NCBI GenBank assembly: GCA_964016885.1
Contig: OZ024743.1
Location: 341,496,001 to 341,560,000, forward strand
Direction: 5' to 3'
DNA from: Eledone cirrhosa
Taxonomy: Eukaryota
DNA length: 64,000 nt
The stretch's first letter is position 1. Each line of letters begins with the position of its first letter. The notes under the pieces are model-generated. The model had not been told where the DNA came from and searched no databases. It saw only the letters and a list, made by a program, of their open reading frames with translations. Both the position numbers and the translations under genes were made by a program. Shown here one piece after another: positions 25,306-39,272 of this stretch.

Positions 25306-26639
25306 ATATATATATATATATATATATTTATTAAAATAACAGATATATCTCCTTATATATATACATATATATAAGGAGATAGGGAGAGAGGGAGATAGTG
25401 TGTGTGAGGTTGGGGGGGGGGGGGTAGTAATCAGATATGCATCCGTTTTTATTTTATTTTAAAAAGTAAACAGATTCTACATCATGTTATCTATATATAA
25501 CCATATTTGAAATAGATAATGTGCGTATACTTAAGAGCACAAATAAATATTTCTTTGTTTACATTTTATCGATCAGAATCAGATGTTATCGTCCGTATGT
25601 GAGGCAGACTTAAACATGTGTGTATGAACAGTAATTAAAAAAATCTTAATAAAGCCTTTGTAACATTAAAAATAACGAAATTGTTTTTCTCGATATTACA
25701 TATCATAAACAATTGCTTGTTTTTTTTTCGAATAACTAAATGAAATAACGTAATATAAATATTGCGTAGAAGAGAGTGAATTTTTTATAATAAACAAAAC
25801 TGAGTTTTTAAAGTTTTCAAAGAATATTTAGTTTGGTAGTTCTTGGGGCATGGAATTTTCAAGTACTTAGGTTGTCTTGGATGTGATGTGTGATTTTAGA
25901 ATCTATCGTGTATTTCGTTGGTGGAATAAAATCCTGTGCACAGTACGAATGTTAACATATAGGATGAATCAGTTAGCAAAAAAAAAATAAAATAGATATT
26001 TATTCGACATTTCTTTTCCAGTGTTTTTTTTTTATTTTCGCAATGGTATCGTATTCTCATATCTTTTCAAAGCTAATAGTTCAGACGAGAACTAGTTTAA
26101 CATAACACATATCTAGAAATTCTTTAAAGGTTTGAAACATTCCCATATCAATTTGATAATAAAGAGTTCTACCATAAATCTTAGAAATACAATAAACTTA
26201 AACAAAACCCTGCCTGAAATCACCAAGACTAAATTCCAGTGAAAGGTAGGCATTTTCATATTATTCTGCAGTCATAGTTATGAGCAATTCAATTTCCACA
26301 TCTAGAAGTTCATAGTTCCAACTAGTTTGACTATTTCATTCTTAAATCCACATTGTAGCAGATTTAATAGGCTAATATTTGTTTTTTAATTCACATTTGT
26401 TCAACGCTTCGTAAAACGAATGGTTCTTTGTTTACATCTCCTGGCTGAAAATTAAATGTGTCGATCTCGCTTTAGTGTAATGGTACTGCAGCCGTAAAGC
26501 AGATGTAAGTTCGCTCTACGTTCGACTATTTAATATTCAAAAAGTCGTTTAACACTTTCAAAATAAATTTTAAACACACACACACACTCGCACACACACC
26601 ACACACACCACACACACACACACACACCCACACATACAC

Positions 26640-26950
<311 letters not shown>

Positions 26951-26954
26951 GTAT

Positions 26955-28118
26955 ATATGTAACTGGCACCTACCGGATAAGTGTCCACTACAAAATAGAT
27001 GCCTGGATTCAAGTATGGTGTACCTGTGTACTATAAATTCAGACAACTTAACAGGGCATTACATAGGTTCCACGACTGGGGAGTTTAAAAAAAGATGGTA
27101 TGTTCACAGACACTCCATAAAGAACCGTAGACTTGAGAACTCTACAACGCTGGCCAATAAAATCTGGCAGCTTAAGAACATAAACCAGGAATATAGGATT
27201 AGCTGGTCAAAATTACCGGGAGCTAGGGCCTACGACAATGGAATGTCCCACTGCGGACTTTGCAATATGGAGCTATTCCACATTTTAAAGTACAATAAGA
27301 TGCTGCTTAACAGCAAAATAGAAGGATCAATTTTCTGTAGGCACATTTCAGCTACCAAGTTCACACATTTCAAACCAGCATGATTCGACCCAGCAATCCC
27401 AAAATTCGAACTGAACCACCCGGATTTAACGTACGGAATACATAGACCACACTGTTATTAGCTGTTAACTAACCTTTCTTTCACTCTCTCTCGCTGAAGC
27501 CACATCAACCCCATTAAGATAAGTCAATCAGCAGGCTAAATATTTACCACACACACATATAAAAAAAACCCTTCCCCATCCATCCTTAGCTCTTATGTCT
27601 CATCCTCGTATCTCTCACTTAATTTTTAATTTATTGTTTTTTCTTTTATCTGTCATTTGTTACTACCTCTTATTCTCTACACGTATGTACACGTATGTAT
27701 GTATCTAATATTGCTTTTCGTGTTAGTACTACCTCCACCCCTACATCCTTATGCAGACACTTACTCACCACCACCAATATAATCAACTATAGTATTCTGT
27801 ACTTATATACTTTTACTTATTTTTTATATTTTATTTCTTCATATTTTTTTACGTTTTACAACTGTAACTTCTTTACATATTTATCATTATATTTTATTAT
27901 TGATGTTATTGTTTTGATTCTACGCTGTATATCTATATATACGATTGCCATATGTGAGTTCTCTAGTATTCAGAGGTAAACACAGTATTTCAGGTCGACT
28001 GACGCAACTTCGAGTGATTAGCAGCCTCTAGACACACCTGATCAATGAAACAATTGCTAATACTAGAAATAATGTCCCTTGTACAGCCGACCATGTTATT
28101 CTTCAATCTTTCACTATA
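26955..28118 (+). mobile_element. Naiad-type PLE 3' fragment (GIY-YIG + 3' UTR + degenerate HHR at 27962-28068)
   Basis: CPLQNRC..MVY..YIGSTTGEFKKRW..CGLC..CRH. Stem I tctagtatt/aatactaga around a decayed core and GAAA-caattg. Confidence 0.8.
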
Positions 28119-28130
28119 TATATATATATA

Positions 28131-30273
28131 CTACCTCTCCTCCTCCTCTTTCCTCCTCCTCCTTCAAGTTTGACCTGTGTGAAATTCTTTTCTCGCGCGT
28201 CCTGGTCAAGCTGGTATGGAATTTTTTTTCTCTCTCATTTTTTTCTCTCTCTCTTTCGTCTGCGACTTCACAAAACTTATGTTTACCGAATTCGTAGACC
28301 AGACCCCTTCTTCTTCTTCTTCTTCTTCTTCTTCTTCTTCTTCTTCTTCTTCTTCTTCTTCTTCTTCTTCTTCTTCTTCTTCTTCTTCTTCTTCTTCTTC
28401 TTCTTCCCCCCCCGTTAGACTTGTGCGAAATTCCTTCCTTTCTCACATTTCAACCAGGTTTGATGGTCTTTTGTCTCTTGTTCACGATTTCACCGAGTTT
28501 ATATTCATAGAGATCTGGGACTTGTCTATTTCTTCTCACTTTCCGTTGCTTAAACCATTTTGTTTGTTACCCTAACGTCCTCTTTATTTACGTGTCCCAA
28601 CGACTTTTTTTAGCCGTTGTTCACACCAACCTGAGGCATATGGCCCTTAAAGCGATGAAATGCCTGGGACGGTTGGAGGGTCACTGATGAAGGACTCACT
28701 TTTTCATATGCACCACCATTTGCAACGGGCAGCCATCATTATTATCATATTTACACATAATTTTTCTTCTGCTGCCATCCGTCCGTTTCGTCCTTTGTAC
28801 CTTTACCCTTTCTCGTTCTTTGTACCTTTTACCCTTTCTAGCAGTCTCTCTCTCTGTTAGCCTCCTCCTCAACTTTCACTCACTCATTCTCTGTCACTAC
28901 CTCTCCTCCTCCTCTTTCCTCCTCCTCCTTCAAGTTTGACCTGTGTGAAATTCTTTTCTCGCGCGTCATGGTCAAGCTGGTATGGAATTTTTTTTCTCTC
29001 TCATTTTTTTCTCTCTCTCTCTTTCGTCTGCGACTTCACAAAACTTATGTTTACCGAATTCGTAGACCAGAACCCTTCTTCTTCTTCTTCTTCTTCTTCT
29101 TCTTCTTCTTCTTCTTCTTCTTCTTCTTCTTCTTCTTCTTCTTCTTCTTCTTCTTCTTCTTCTTCTTCTTCTTCTTCTTCATCTTCCCCCCCGTTAGACT
29201 TGTGCGAAATTCCTTCCTTTCTCACATTTCAACCAGGTTTGATGGTCTTTTGTCTCTTGATCACGATTTCACCGAGTTTATATTCATAGAGATCTGGGAT
29301 TTGTCTATTTCTTCTCACGTTCCGTTGCTTAAACCATTTTGTTTATTACCCTAACGTCCCCTTTATTTACGTGTCCCAACGACTTTTTTTAGACGTTGTT
29401 CGCACCAACCTGAGGCATATGGCCCTTAAAGCGATGAAATGCCTGGGACTGTTGGAGGGTCACTGATGAAGGACTCACTTTTTCATATGCACCACCATTT
29501 GCAACGGGCAGCCATCATTATTATCATATTTACACATAATTTTTCTTCTGCTGCCATCCGTCCGTTTCGTCCTTTGTACCTTTACCCTTTCTCGTTCTTT
29601 GTACCTTTTACTCTTTCTAGCAGTCTCTCTCTCTGTTAGCCTCCTCCTCAACTTTCACTCACTCATTCTCTGTCACTACCTCTCCTCCTCCTCTTTCCTC
29701 CTCCTCCTTCAAGTTTGACCTGTGTGAAATTATTTTCTCGCGCGTCCTGGTCAAGCTGGTATGGAATTTTTTTTCTCTCTCATTTTTTTCTCTCTCTCTC
29801 TTTTGTCTGCGACTTCACAAAACTTATGTTTACCGAATTCGTAGACCAGGCCCCTTCTTCTTCTTCTTCTTCTTCTTCTTCTTCTTCTTCTTCTTCTTCT
29901 TCTTCTTCTTCTTCTTCTTCTTCTTCTTCTTCTTCTTCTTCTTCTCCCCCCCCCGTTAGACTTGTGCGAAATTCCTTCCTTTCTCACATTTCAACCAGGT
30001 TTGATGGTCTTTTGTCTCTTGTTCACGATTTCACCGAGTTTATATTCATAGAGATCTGGGACTTGTCTATTTTTTCTCACTTTCCGTTGCTTAAACCATT
30101 TTGTTTGTTACCCTAACGTCCCCTTTATTTACGTGTCCCAACGACTTTTTTTAGCCGTTGTTCGCACCAACCTGAGGCTTATGGCCCTTAAAGCGATGAA
30201 ATGCCTGGGACGGTTGGAGGGTCACTGATGAAGGACTCACTTTTTCATATGCACCACCATTATTATCATATTT

Positions 30274-30277
<4 letters not shown>
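28131..30277 (+). repeat. Tandem array of ~770-bp units (~2.8 copies) with internal (TTC)n
   Basis: Units start at 28131, 28897 and 29676 and are near-identical; length differs mainly by TTC count. Confidence 0.95.
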
Positions 30278-30354
<77 letters not shown>

Positions 30355-30467
30355 GATAAATTAACGGAGCCATGGACTTTTGCTATTCCCTGTCATTAAT
30401 TAATGTGCTCAAAGGAGAAGGAATCCCGAGCCCTTTATAATACAATATGTCTGAAATGTATAGCCTT

Positions 30468-30550
30468 ACACACGCTGATGAACCATGGGCTAATCATTTC
30501 TGTCAACAAACTACTTGGCGAAACAGATCTTTTTGGATTTGTACGTGCGT
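30468..30550 (+). ncRNA. Type I hammerhead ribozyme, copy 1
   Basis: acacacg-CTGATGA-acca..tggc-GAAA-cagatc-tttttg-gatttg-TA-cgtgcgt. Confidence 0.85.
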
Positions 30551-31004
30551 GTTAGATAATTATCGAGGTATGTATTTACACTTTAATTTATACTTTTAAT
30601 TATTGTGTCTATGCTGCCTTCCATGGGCTATAGATTCCATACACTGGTGGCTTTTCCCTATTTGACTGATGGCGCACCATCTCTCTCTTTAGTGTGTTAT
30701 CTTTTCAACATATTGTATTATAAAGAGCTCGGGATTCCTTCTCCTTTGAGCACATTAATGACAGGGAATAGCGAGAGTCTATGGCTCCGTTAATTTATCG
30801 TGATATTTCGCGCCTTATAACAGTCTTTCCTCTTTCTCTGTTTGGTTGAGCAAACTTCTCTGAGTGGTTTGGGCTGCCCTTTCTAGCAGCTCGGCCCCCA
30901 GATACCACTGGATACTGCCCTAGGCATGCTGTGAATTCTCTCTCCCACGTGTGGCTGGATGGTCGCTTTAGATTCTCTTAGTGTTGTCTGAAAGGTATAG
31001 CCTT

Positions 31005-31087
31005 ACACACGCTGATGAACCATGGGCTAATCATTTCTGTGAACAACCTAATTGGCGAAACAGATCTTTTTGGATGTGTACGTGTGT
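31005..31087 (+). ncRNA. Type I hammerhead ribozyme, copy 2
   Basis: acacacg-CTGATGA-acca..tggc-GAAA-cagatc-tttttg-gatgtg-TA-cgtgtgt. Confidence 0.85.
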
Positions 31088-31242
31088 GTTAGATAATTAT
31101 CGAGATATGTATTTACACTTTTAATTATTGTGTGTCTACTCTGCCTTCCATGGGCTATAGATTTCATACACTCGCGGTTTTTCCCTGTTTGACTGATGGC
31201 GCACTATCTCTCTCTCTAGTGTATTATCTTTTCTACATATTG

Positions 31243-31283
<41 letters not shown>

Positions 31284-31411
31284 AAGATTGAAGAATAACA
31301 TATATATATGTATAGTATACCGTATGTGTAATATACCGTATGTGTAATTAAAAACATTTTGAAGACTTTGCGCTATCATTATTAAAGTAGTGACTATGTC
31401 ACTATTCACTA

Positions 31412-31600
31412 AGGCCGTGGAATGGCAGTATCGGTAAAGAGACGGACACCATGCTTTGAAGCATAGAGTTACGTCCCTTTATGATCTGAGTTCAAATCCC
31501 GCCGAGGTTAGCTTTGCCTTTCATCCTTACGGGGTCGATAAAATAAAGTACCAGTAATACACTGGGTTATTGCTGGCTTTGTGGCAAAAGTAGAAACAAT
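31412..31600 (+). mobile_element. tRNA-derived SINE (OR-like) with ~25-bp TSD
   Basis: TGGCAGTATCGG A box, GTTCAAATCC B box; attattaaagtagtgactat.tcact on both sides. Confidence 0.88.
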
Positions 31601-31927
31601 TATTAAAGTAGTGACTATTTCACTTCTTTTTTTTCGGCAAAAGAAGGGAGAGAACCTAACAGAGTCTGTTTCACACTGTTGGTGATCATCATAGAGGCTG
31701 GATTCTTATAGAATTCCAGTAATGATAAGTAGCTGCTTATACAGAGCGATTGTCGGTCCAGCAAAAGTTAGGTATTAGGATTGGTGCTCTGAAATAGGGA
31801 TGTATACATGAATGTATGTATAGTATAAGGTCTTCAAAATATTTTTAATTAAACATACGGTATATTGCCAAATATACTATACATACATACATGTATACAT
31901 TGCTACCTCAGAACACCAATCCTAATA

Positions 31928-31973
<46 letters not shown>

Positions 31974-31994
31974 TCACATATATATATATATATA

Positions 31995-32390
31995 TGCGAT
32001 AGACCCAACTGTGGCATATGCATCAACCTAATAGGGGGTTCGGAATTCTCTTTCAAAGAAGGACAACGTTTTATAGTAAAACACAATTTCACATGCGCAT
32101 CATATAATCTAATATATGTATTAACTTGCTCAGGTTGTCGAGAACAATACATAGGCCAGACTAAAAACAGCCTCCGCCAACGCATGACTGTCCATAGATC
32201 CCAAATTAAAATACCGGAATACAGAAAAATACCACTGAGTGAACACATTGATACCTGTGTCGCCGAAAATCATCCCAACTTTAGAATCTTTCCTTTCTAC
32301 AAATTTAAAGATAATACCACCCACGCCCAGCGCATCAGCAAGGAATCTCACTTTATTAACAAATACGGACCCCGTCTAAACACTTCTCCC
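31995..32390 (+). pseudogene. Neptune/Penelope-type GIY-YIG endonuclease fragment
   Basis: CDRPNCGIC..FTCASYNLIYVLTCSGCREQYIGQTKNSLRQRMTVH..KESHFINKYGPRLN; homologous to 47998-48370. Confidence 0.85.
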
Positions 32391-32863
32391 CAAGACGAAC
32401 CCACAACATACACACGTCAAAATACATACCTACATCAGCATACATCCTACATACATTTCTATCCACATATAAATACAATGACATACGTAAACACACATGT
32501 TCTATGGTGCAACACAAATATACACAAATGTGCATACCTTTTGATATCTATAGATATAAACGTACCAACACACATGCATTGCACACTGATGGGCACATAC
32601 ATATTTGTACTCCAGTATTCCCATACGGCAGGGCCTAATGGATTCCCCTTGCAGTACGTACAATCTGGACACTCACACAGACCTGGTGTTATGACAATAC
32701 TATACATCATTTCACCGCTTTTATTGTTAATGTTTTTGATGTTCTTTTGAGAAAATCGTTTTTGCAAATTACTGAAAATATCAAATAATATAAACCATTT
32801 TTACCAGTATCAGAAAAATACTGGTCCATCTACACACACACACACACACAGGCACACACGCAC

Positions 32864-32949
<86 letters not shown>

Positions 32950-33154
32950 ACATATATACACACACATATATATACACACACACATACACGCGCGTACACT
33001 AACATAGAAACAGACATATATATACACACACACACACACACATTTCTCCGTATAAGACAAGAGCTGAAAAATATCTTTCAACATGTTAAAATATCCGCCA
33101 CACACGTACAAACACATTCCTACTGACCGAACCCCTCTACCACGAACCACTCTG

Positions 33155-33250
<96 letters not shown>

Positions 33251-33787
33251 ACACACACACACACACATATTTGTCTTAATAGGCGCCTGAACTGTTGATC
33301 TTTCAACATGACTGCAATTCACACACACATCCCTACTGACCATTATCACAACAATGAACCCCTTTACTACACACACACACACACACACACACAGACATAT
33401 TTGTCTTAAAAGATTTATTTTTCAGTGACTTCTCAATCAGGCGAAAAAGGACACTCTTCGACAAACCTACATTTGGCGTAAAATCAATTTTTAACATTCA
33501 CGTGACCTCTACCGACCAATCAAAATTGTTTTGACTACAAGAATTTTTGCAACACGAATTGGCGCGAAATTTATAGTACTCATTCACGTGACATTCAACA
33601 ACCAACCAAATCTTAATGCCTCTGGAGCCACTTTTTTCACATAAAACAGGAAGAATTTCCAAAACTGAACAGATTAGAGCAAATATCACGGGCGCTCTAT
33701 CTCAAAATTATTTTTGAAAAGCATTAGAAATGCGCAACCGGTAAACACTTCAAACTAAAACTGAATACTAACCAATACTTGCTTTCC

Positions 33788-33928
33788 AGCATAGTTACGT
33801 CCCTTTACGATCTGAGTTCAAATCCCGCCGAGGTTGACTTTGCCTTTTATCTTTACGGGGTCGATAAAATAAAGTACCAGTAATGCACTGGGTAATTGCT
33901 GGCCTTGTGCCTAAAGTAGAAACAATTA
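33788..33928 (+). mobile_element. 5'-truncated OR-like SINE
   Basis: B box and body identical in pattern to 31412-31600. Confidence 0.85.
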
Positions 33929-34039
33929 CTCATTTATATTTATTCCTAATTAAACTATTTTTCACTAGGAATCATTTGTCAGCATTTTCTTTTCCTTTTA
34001 CTAATATATCACAACTCGTGTGTTAAACCTCTATTCTTT

Positions 34040-34118
<79 letters not shown>

Positions 34119-34506
34119 ACACTATTTATAGTTATGTATATACTATAAACAACTATAAACAGGAAAGGTCAGTAATTTCCTACTACCCTATTACCAGTAT
34201 ATATATGACTAACGCATGTACACTTTCTACACTCCTGCATATGTATTGCTAATGTACTATTTCTTTCTCAAAGCTCCTTTCTCAATGCCTCTTTAATTAT
34301 TGGACTATTCTCTTGTATTATCTGTTGCCTGTATTCCACTCTGTGCTTTTAATTTGAATTTGAATTTTTGTACTATTCTCGTAAAATATATGGCACATCC
34401 CTTCCACCCAGTAAATACGAAACTGTTGCTCACAACGTTAATATATATATGTATCTATATTATTGTTCAGTTGCATAGGAGGTTAATTACATGTACAAAC
34501 ATTGAT

Positions 34507-34559
34507 AATGCTCCGAAGACTCCAACGAGAGTTTGGTAGAAACGATTGTCAGCTATTAA
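34507..34559 (+). ncRNA. Degenerate minimal hammerhead (CCGAAGA)
   Basis: taatgct-CCGAAGA-ctccaac..gtttggta-GAAA-cgattg-TC-agctatta. Confidence 0.5.
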
Positions 34560-34641
34560 ATGAGTTGAACACAACTTTGATAATTGACTAATTTAATTAT
34601 TTATTTATTTTTTTTTTTTTTTATATTTATATATATATATA

Positions 34642-35520
34642 TTAATATAGAAAAGCTTCTACAGGACTAGAACTGTTTCATTCGTGAGAAATCATCGGGA
34701 AGCTGACTGTCAAAGTAAATGTGGTGGTATTTATATCTTTTCTGGTGGTAGGAGAGGGTGGGGATTGGGATGGATGGAGGTCATTGGTTGATGGATATAA
34801 AGAAAAAGGAGTTCATTAAAAGCTAATTCTTTAAAGCTATAATTTATATTAACAAAGACAGAAAGAATACTGTAAACAGGTTCAAATTGGAATACCAATC
34901 CTTGCTTATCTCTTAAACTATCAATGTGTGCGTGTGTGTGTGTACATGCTTAAGTGGGCGCGTGTGTGAATGTGCTTGTTGACACCCGGAATATAAATTA
35001 AGAGAAACTTCACAATAAGGGGAAGCACCTCAAGACTTGAACCTGTTTATAGAACCCTTTCTGCTTTTGTCACCCTTATTTCAGCCGTAAAGAATTATCT
35101 TCTAAAGATTTTCCCTTTTCTTTAAACCAATGAACCCCACCCATCCTGTAGACACCTGACTTACAGGCATTGTTAGTTTAAGAGATAAACAAGGACTGGT
35201 ATTCCAATTTGAACCTGTTTACAGTATTCTTTCTGCCTTTGTTAATATAAATTATAACTTTAAAGAATTAGCTTTTAATGAACTCCCTTTTCTTTAAATC
35301 CATCAACCAATGACGTTCACCCATCCCAATCCCCACCCTCTCCTACCACCAGAAAAGATATAAATACTACCACATTTACTTGGACAGTCAGCTACCTGAT
35401 GATATCTCACGAATGAAACAGTTCTAGTCCTGTAGAAGTTTTTCTATATTAAAACATTTATACACTGCTATGTATTTAGTACCTTACTTACTGTGGTTAC
35501 ACCCGATTGACCCCGGGATA
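34642..35520. mobile_element. Family C fold-back element, ~280-bp inverted arms, each ending in a hammerhead
   Basis: Arms at 34642-34926 and 35168-35452; HHRs at 34654-34704 (-) and 35390-35440 (+). Fragments also at 8170-8228 and ~50070-50108. Confidence 0.85.
35390..35440 (+). ncRNA. Type I hammerhead (family C)
   Basis: agctac-CTGATGA-tatctcacgaat-GAAA-cag-ttctagtc-ctg-TA-gaagt. The opposite arm supplies a perfect agcttc/gaagct stem I. Confidence 0.75.
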
Positions 35521-35521
35521 A

Positions 35522-35586
<65 letters not shown>

Positions 35587-36638
35587 ATATATACGAGTGT
35601 GAATATATAAAAATCGTTTGGTAACACGCGATGAACCGATGGATGTGGCGGTTTTCCCGGCTGCGGGCCGGGCGCTCGGTTGTATGAGCCTTCCTCGAGT
35701 GCTTGGAAAAATAAATTTCCCCTTCTTTCTGTAAACGAAATCACGCGGAACGGCTGCTTCGCCGCGGGGCCCGCCGCGCCCCCGGTTTTGACTGCCAAAT
35801 AGTACCTTTAAATTCTAGGCTTAATCATAACTATTAGCTGTATCATGCCTCCCTCTACTGGCACGTAAATAAATCCTCCTCCTGTGTGAATTAATAGTAT
35901 TCATTTAGTATAGACGATGGCCTGACGCGATGGCGGACTTCCCGCTAACACACCCGACGCCTAAGACAGTTACATTCCTGGAGTGCTCGAAAAAATTAAT
36001 TTCCATTTCTTTCGATAGACGATATCACTCGGAACGGTTGACATGTGGTTAGGAAGGGCTGGCCGGGATCTGCAGTCGTCACTGGTTATTGACTGCTAAC
36101 AAGGGCTTAATCTTTACTTTATATCCTACCCTGAAAACTTATCGAGACTATCTAAAATACACTTAAACTTTTTCATAAAAGATTCTTTCTGTAAATTCTT
36201 TAACTAAATCTCACAACACAAACCTTAAACCTTATATTTCTTATTTTTCTAATTTCATCCTATAACTCTAAACATAAGTTTAACGTTCCTAATTGCTAAC
36301 CGAAGTTTCTGTCCACACATTATACCATACAGACGCCCACTATATATGCCCTTGTTAAAGATATTTGTTCTTTGGAAAAAAACATTTTTCACGGCAATTT
36401 CTAGCACGCATAGTCAGCCTGATTGTGGCATGATTTCAACGCTGACATTTCTCTTTGACGGAAAGGTAGTAGCACATTATAAGATTACGCCCCCACACCA
36501 GATGGTCATAAGTAGACTTAATAGTCAACACTCGAGGGCGGCCGACTGAGGTAGAAGCTGCTAAATAGTCAGTCGCCCTCTTGTCTCTGATATTCAGCCC
36601 CATGGATTTTATCTGTTATATTCCTTTGTTATATTTTG

Positions 36639-36700
36639 AATACCTGATGATATCACTGGATACATACTGAAACCGGTCACTGAAATGATCATAGTATAAT
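36639..36700 (+). ncRNA. Partly decayed hammerhead
   Basis: atac-CTGATGA-tatc..act-GAAA-ccggtca..tgatca-TA-gtat, followed by aataaa. Confidence 0.45.
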
Positions 36701-36828
36701 AAACCTTTCAAGTATTTACACCAGTCCAGCCTCCTGTTATTTTATAATTATATATACGTATATATATATTTGTCTGATAGTAGCTAAGATGCTTCCATAG
36801 GCGGTATGCCGGTTGAGCACTCTACGTG

Positions 36829-36935
<107 letters not shown>

Positions 36936-37573
36936 TATGTGCATGTATGTATGCATATATGTATATGCATGTACATGCATATATACATGCAGATACACAC
37001 GATTGAAAGCGACTATCGTAATCTTTAAGTTCTAGAATCACCCCTGTATTGTATTAGTCGTGATATTACATCGTCTACATTCAGCAGTGAATGTTTATTT
37101 TACTTTCATTTGGTGTACAGATATACCTTGATGTCATGCCGAATCATATACAGATGTTGTCTTACGCCAAACCAAAAGGATAAAATTACATTGAATATCA
37201 TTCGTATTTAGAATAGCTGTAGCAACTTACTTTGTTTATAACATGCGTGTAAAGGAAATGAAGTTTCAAAGCATTTGGTTGAATGTATTGATTTCTAACA
37301 CAGGTAATGGTGAGAAATATTTGGAGTGTGACAATCGATTATATCGATGTACTTATTTGATCAATATTTGTTGCAGCTCTTTATTTTCTAAGTTCAACTA
37401 CCATCGAGATCAACGTTAACTTTCAACGTTCCTTGGTAGATAAAATAAAGTAAAAATTGCTGGCGTTGTGCTTAAATTAGGGATCATTAAGTAATTGGTG
37501 TCTACTGTACCTGCATGAGCAGAACGAAAATCGAAATAGAACTATGCGGGATTTGAACTGCGAATGACCCAGC

Positions 37574-37646
<73 letters not shown>

Positions 37647-37772
37647 AAGTTTTATTTAAATTGTTGGGTTACAACGAGTAAATATTTATAACTGATATAA
37701 AAGCACTCAACAAGTATTTGGAGTATATTTACGATATTAAATAAATGGAAACTATATTTATAAAACCATATT

Positions 37773-37838
37773 TATTTCATTATATATATTTCAGGGATAT
37801 CATATTAAAAATATGGTATGCCTTCATCAGACAAAATA
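37773..37838 (-). ncRNA. Family A hammerhead
   Basis: Reverse complement of 42004-42069. Confidence 0.8.
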
Positions 37839-38099
37839 CAATATAAACAGTCTTATAAATAGATAGATTTGACATACCTTACAACTTCAACTTCCATTTA
37901 AAAAGTTGATTTGGTAGTGAAAAATGTTAGGGACAGTTATAAAAAGAAAGAAAGAAAGAAAGCGAAGAAAAAGAAGAAATGCATGCAACGAAAAACAGAG
38001 AGAGATAGATATAGAGAGATAGATAGAGAGAAGAAATTCATGTAAAGAAAAAACAGAGAGAGATAGATAGAGAGAGAAAAAACAGAGGGAGAAAGACAG

Positions 38100-38168
<69 letters not shown>

Positions 38169-39272
38169 ATAGAGAGAGATAGATATAGATAGAGAGAGAG
38201 AGAGAAATAGAGAGAGAGAAAAATAGGTAGTTGGGCACCAGTTGAATGACGTATCAATGATATATTTATTTATTTATTTATTTATTTAGTTCTAGTATTA
38301 AGGTAGAGAGAGATATATGTGGTTAGGAGAGGAAACAGCCGTTACATAGAGAGAAAAGAAAAATATCCAGAGATAAACGAGGCAAATTTAAAACATTATG
38401 TTTCATCATCTAAAATATCAATTCGTATGAATTAGGTATTATAATGTAAATATCAGTATTCATGAATGAGACACGTATCAATAATGTGTGAAAAATAATG
38501 ATCATATGTCTAGTTTAAAATTCCTACGTTTATGATCAGAACTGAGATAAAAAACTGAGATAAAAACTTCAAAAAATTGAAATACATAAGTATATATGCA
38601 CTTTCATGAAAAAAAGAAAAAAGAAAATAGAAGGTTATCCCAGATTCGATACTATAGACATCCATGTGAATTTACGTGATCAGCTCTGCAAATTCCTATT
38701 TCACATGAAAACATTCTCATTGTGCTATAAAAATTCTAGTATACATATATGTGTAAATACACAAATATATATAGAATCTACATTAATTTTAACAATACTA
38801 TTCTTGTCTTTACTCTACATGATTATCGTTCAAGCATAAATAGACAACAGATATCAATATATCAATAAAAATATTAAAAAATATAATTTAAAAAAAAAAA
38901 AATATATATATATTAAAAAATAAAACACAGTATGCCCCGCAAATCAACCACAGAAAACAACCCCTCAAAATTAATTGACAATATATTGCCAAGTTCATTA
39001 TAAGCATCAGAATCAAATGCAAACAAAACCAAAATTATTTACCAAATCCTGTCTAGCAGAAATCATTCCAAAAGTTTAGGATACCCATTTGATCTACAGA
39101 TGGTCTTATATTTATTATAGAAGTTTATCTAGTGTAAAATTTATTCGATATATTTGGAGCATCATCTTTTAGGGTAGTTTAATTATTCTTGAAGAATGTT
39201 TAAAACAAAAAAAAGAAATCGAAAGATTTATCGGCGAGTTTCATAAATAGTTACAAATCATAAGTAAATATA

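Larger units (their letters stand above)
30352..31248 (+). mobile_element. Non-coding element with two tandem type I hammerheads (537-nt period) and a 5' inverted segment
   Basis: 30449-30720 repeated at 30986-31248; 30354-30450 inverted versus 30708-30800; (TA)n on both flanks. Confidence 0.8.

Noticed and set aside
28680-28720. CTGATGA in each 770-bp tandem unit as a retrozyme HHR
   Set aside because: No downstream stem II-GAAA-stem III-UH arrangement found.
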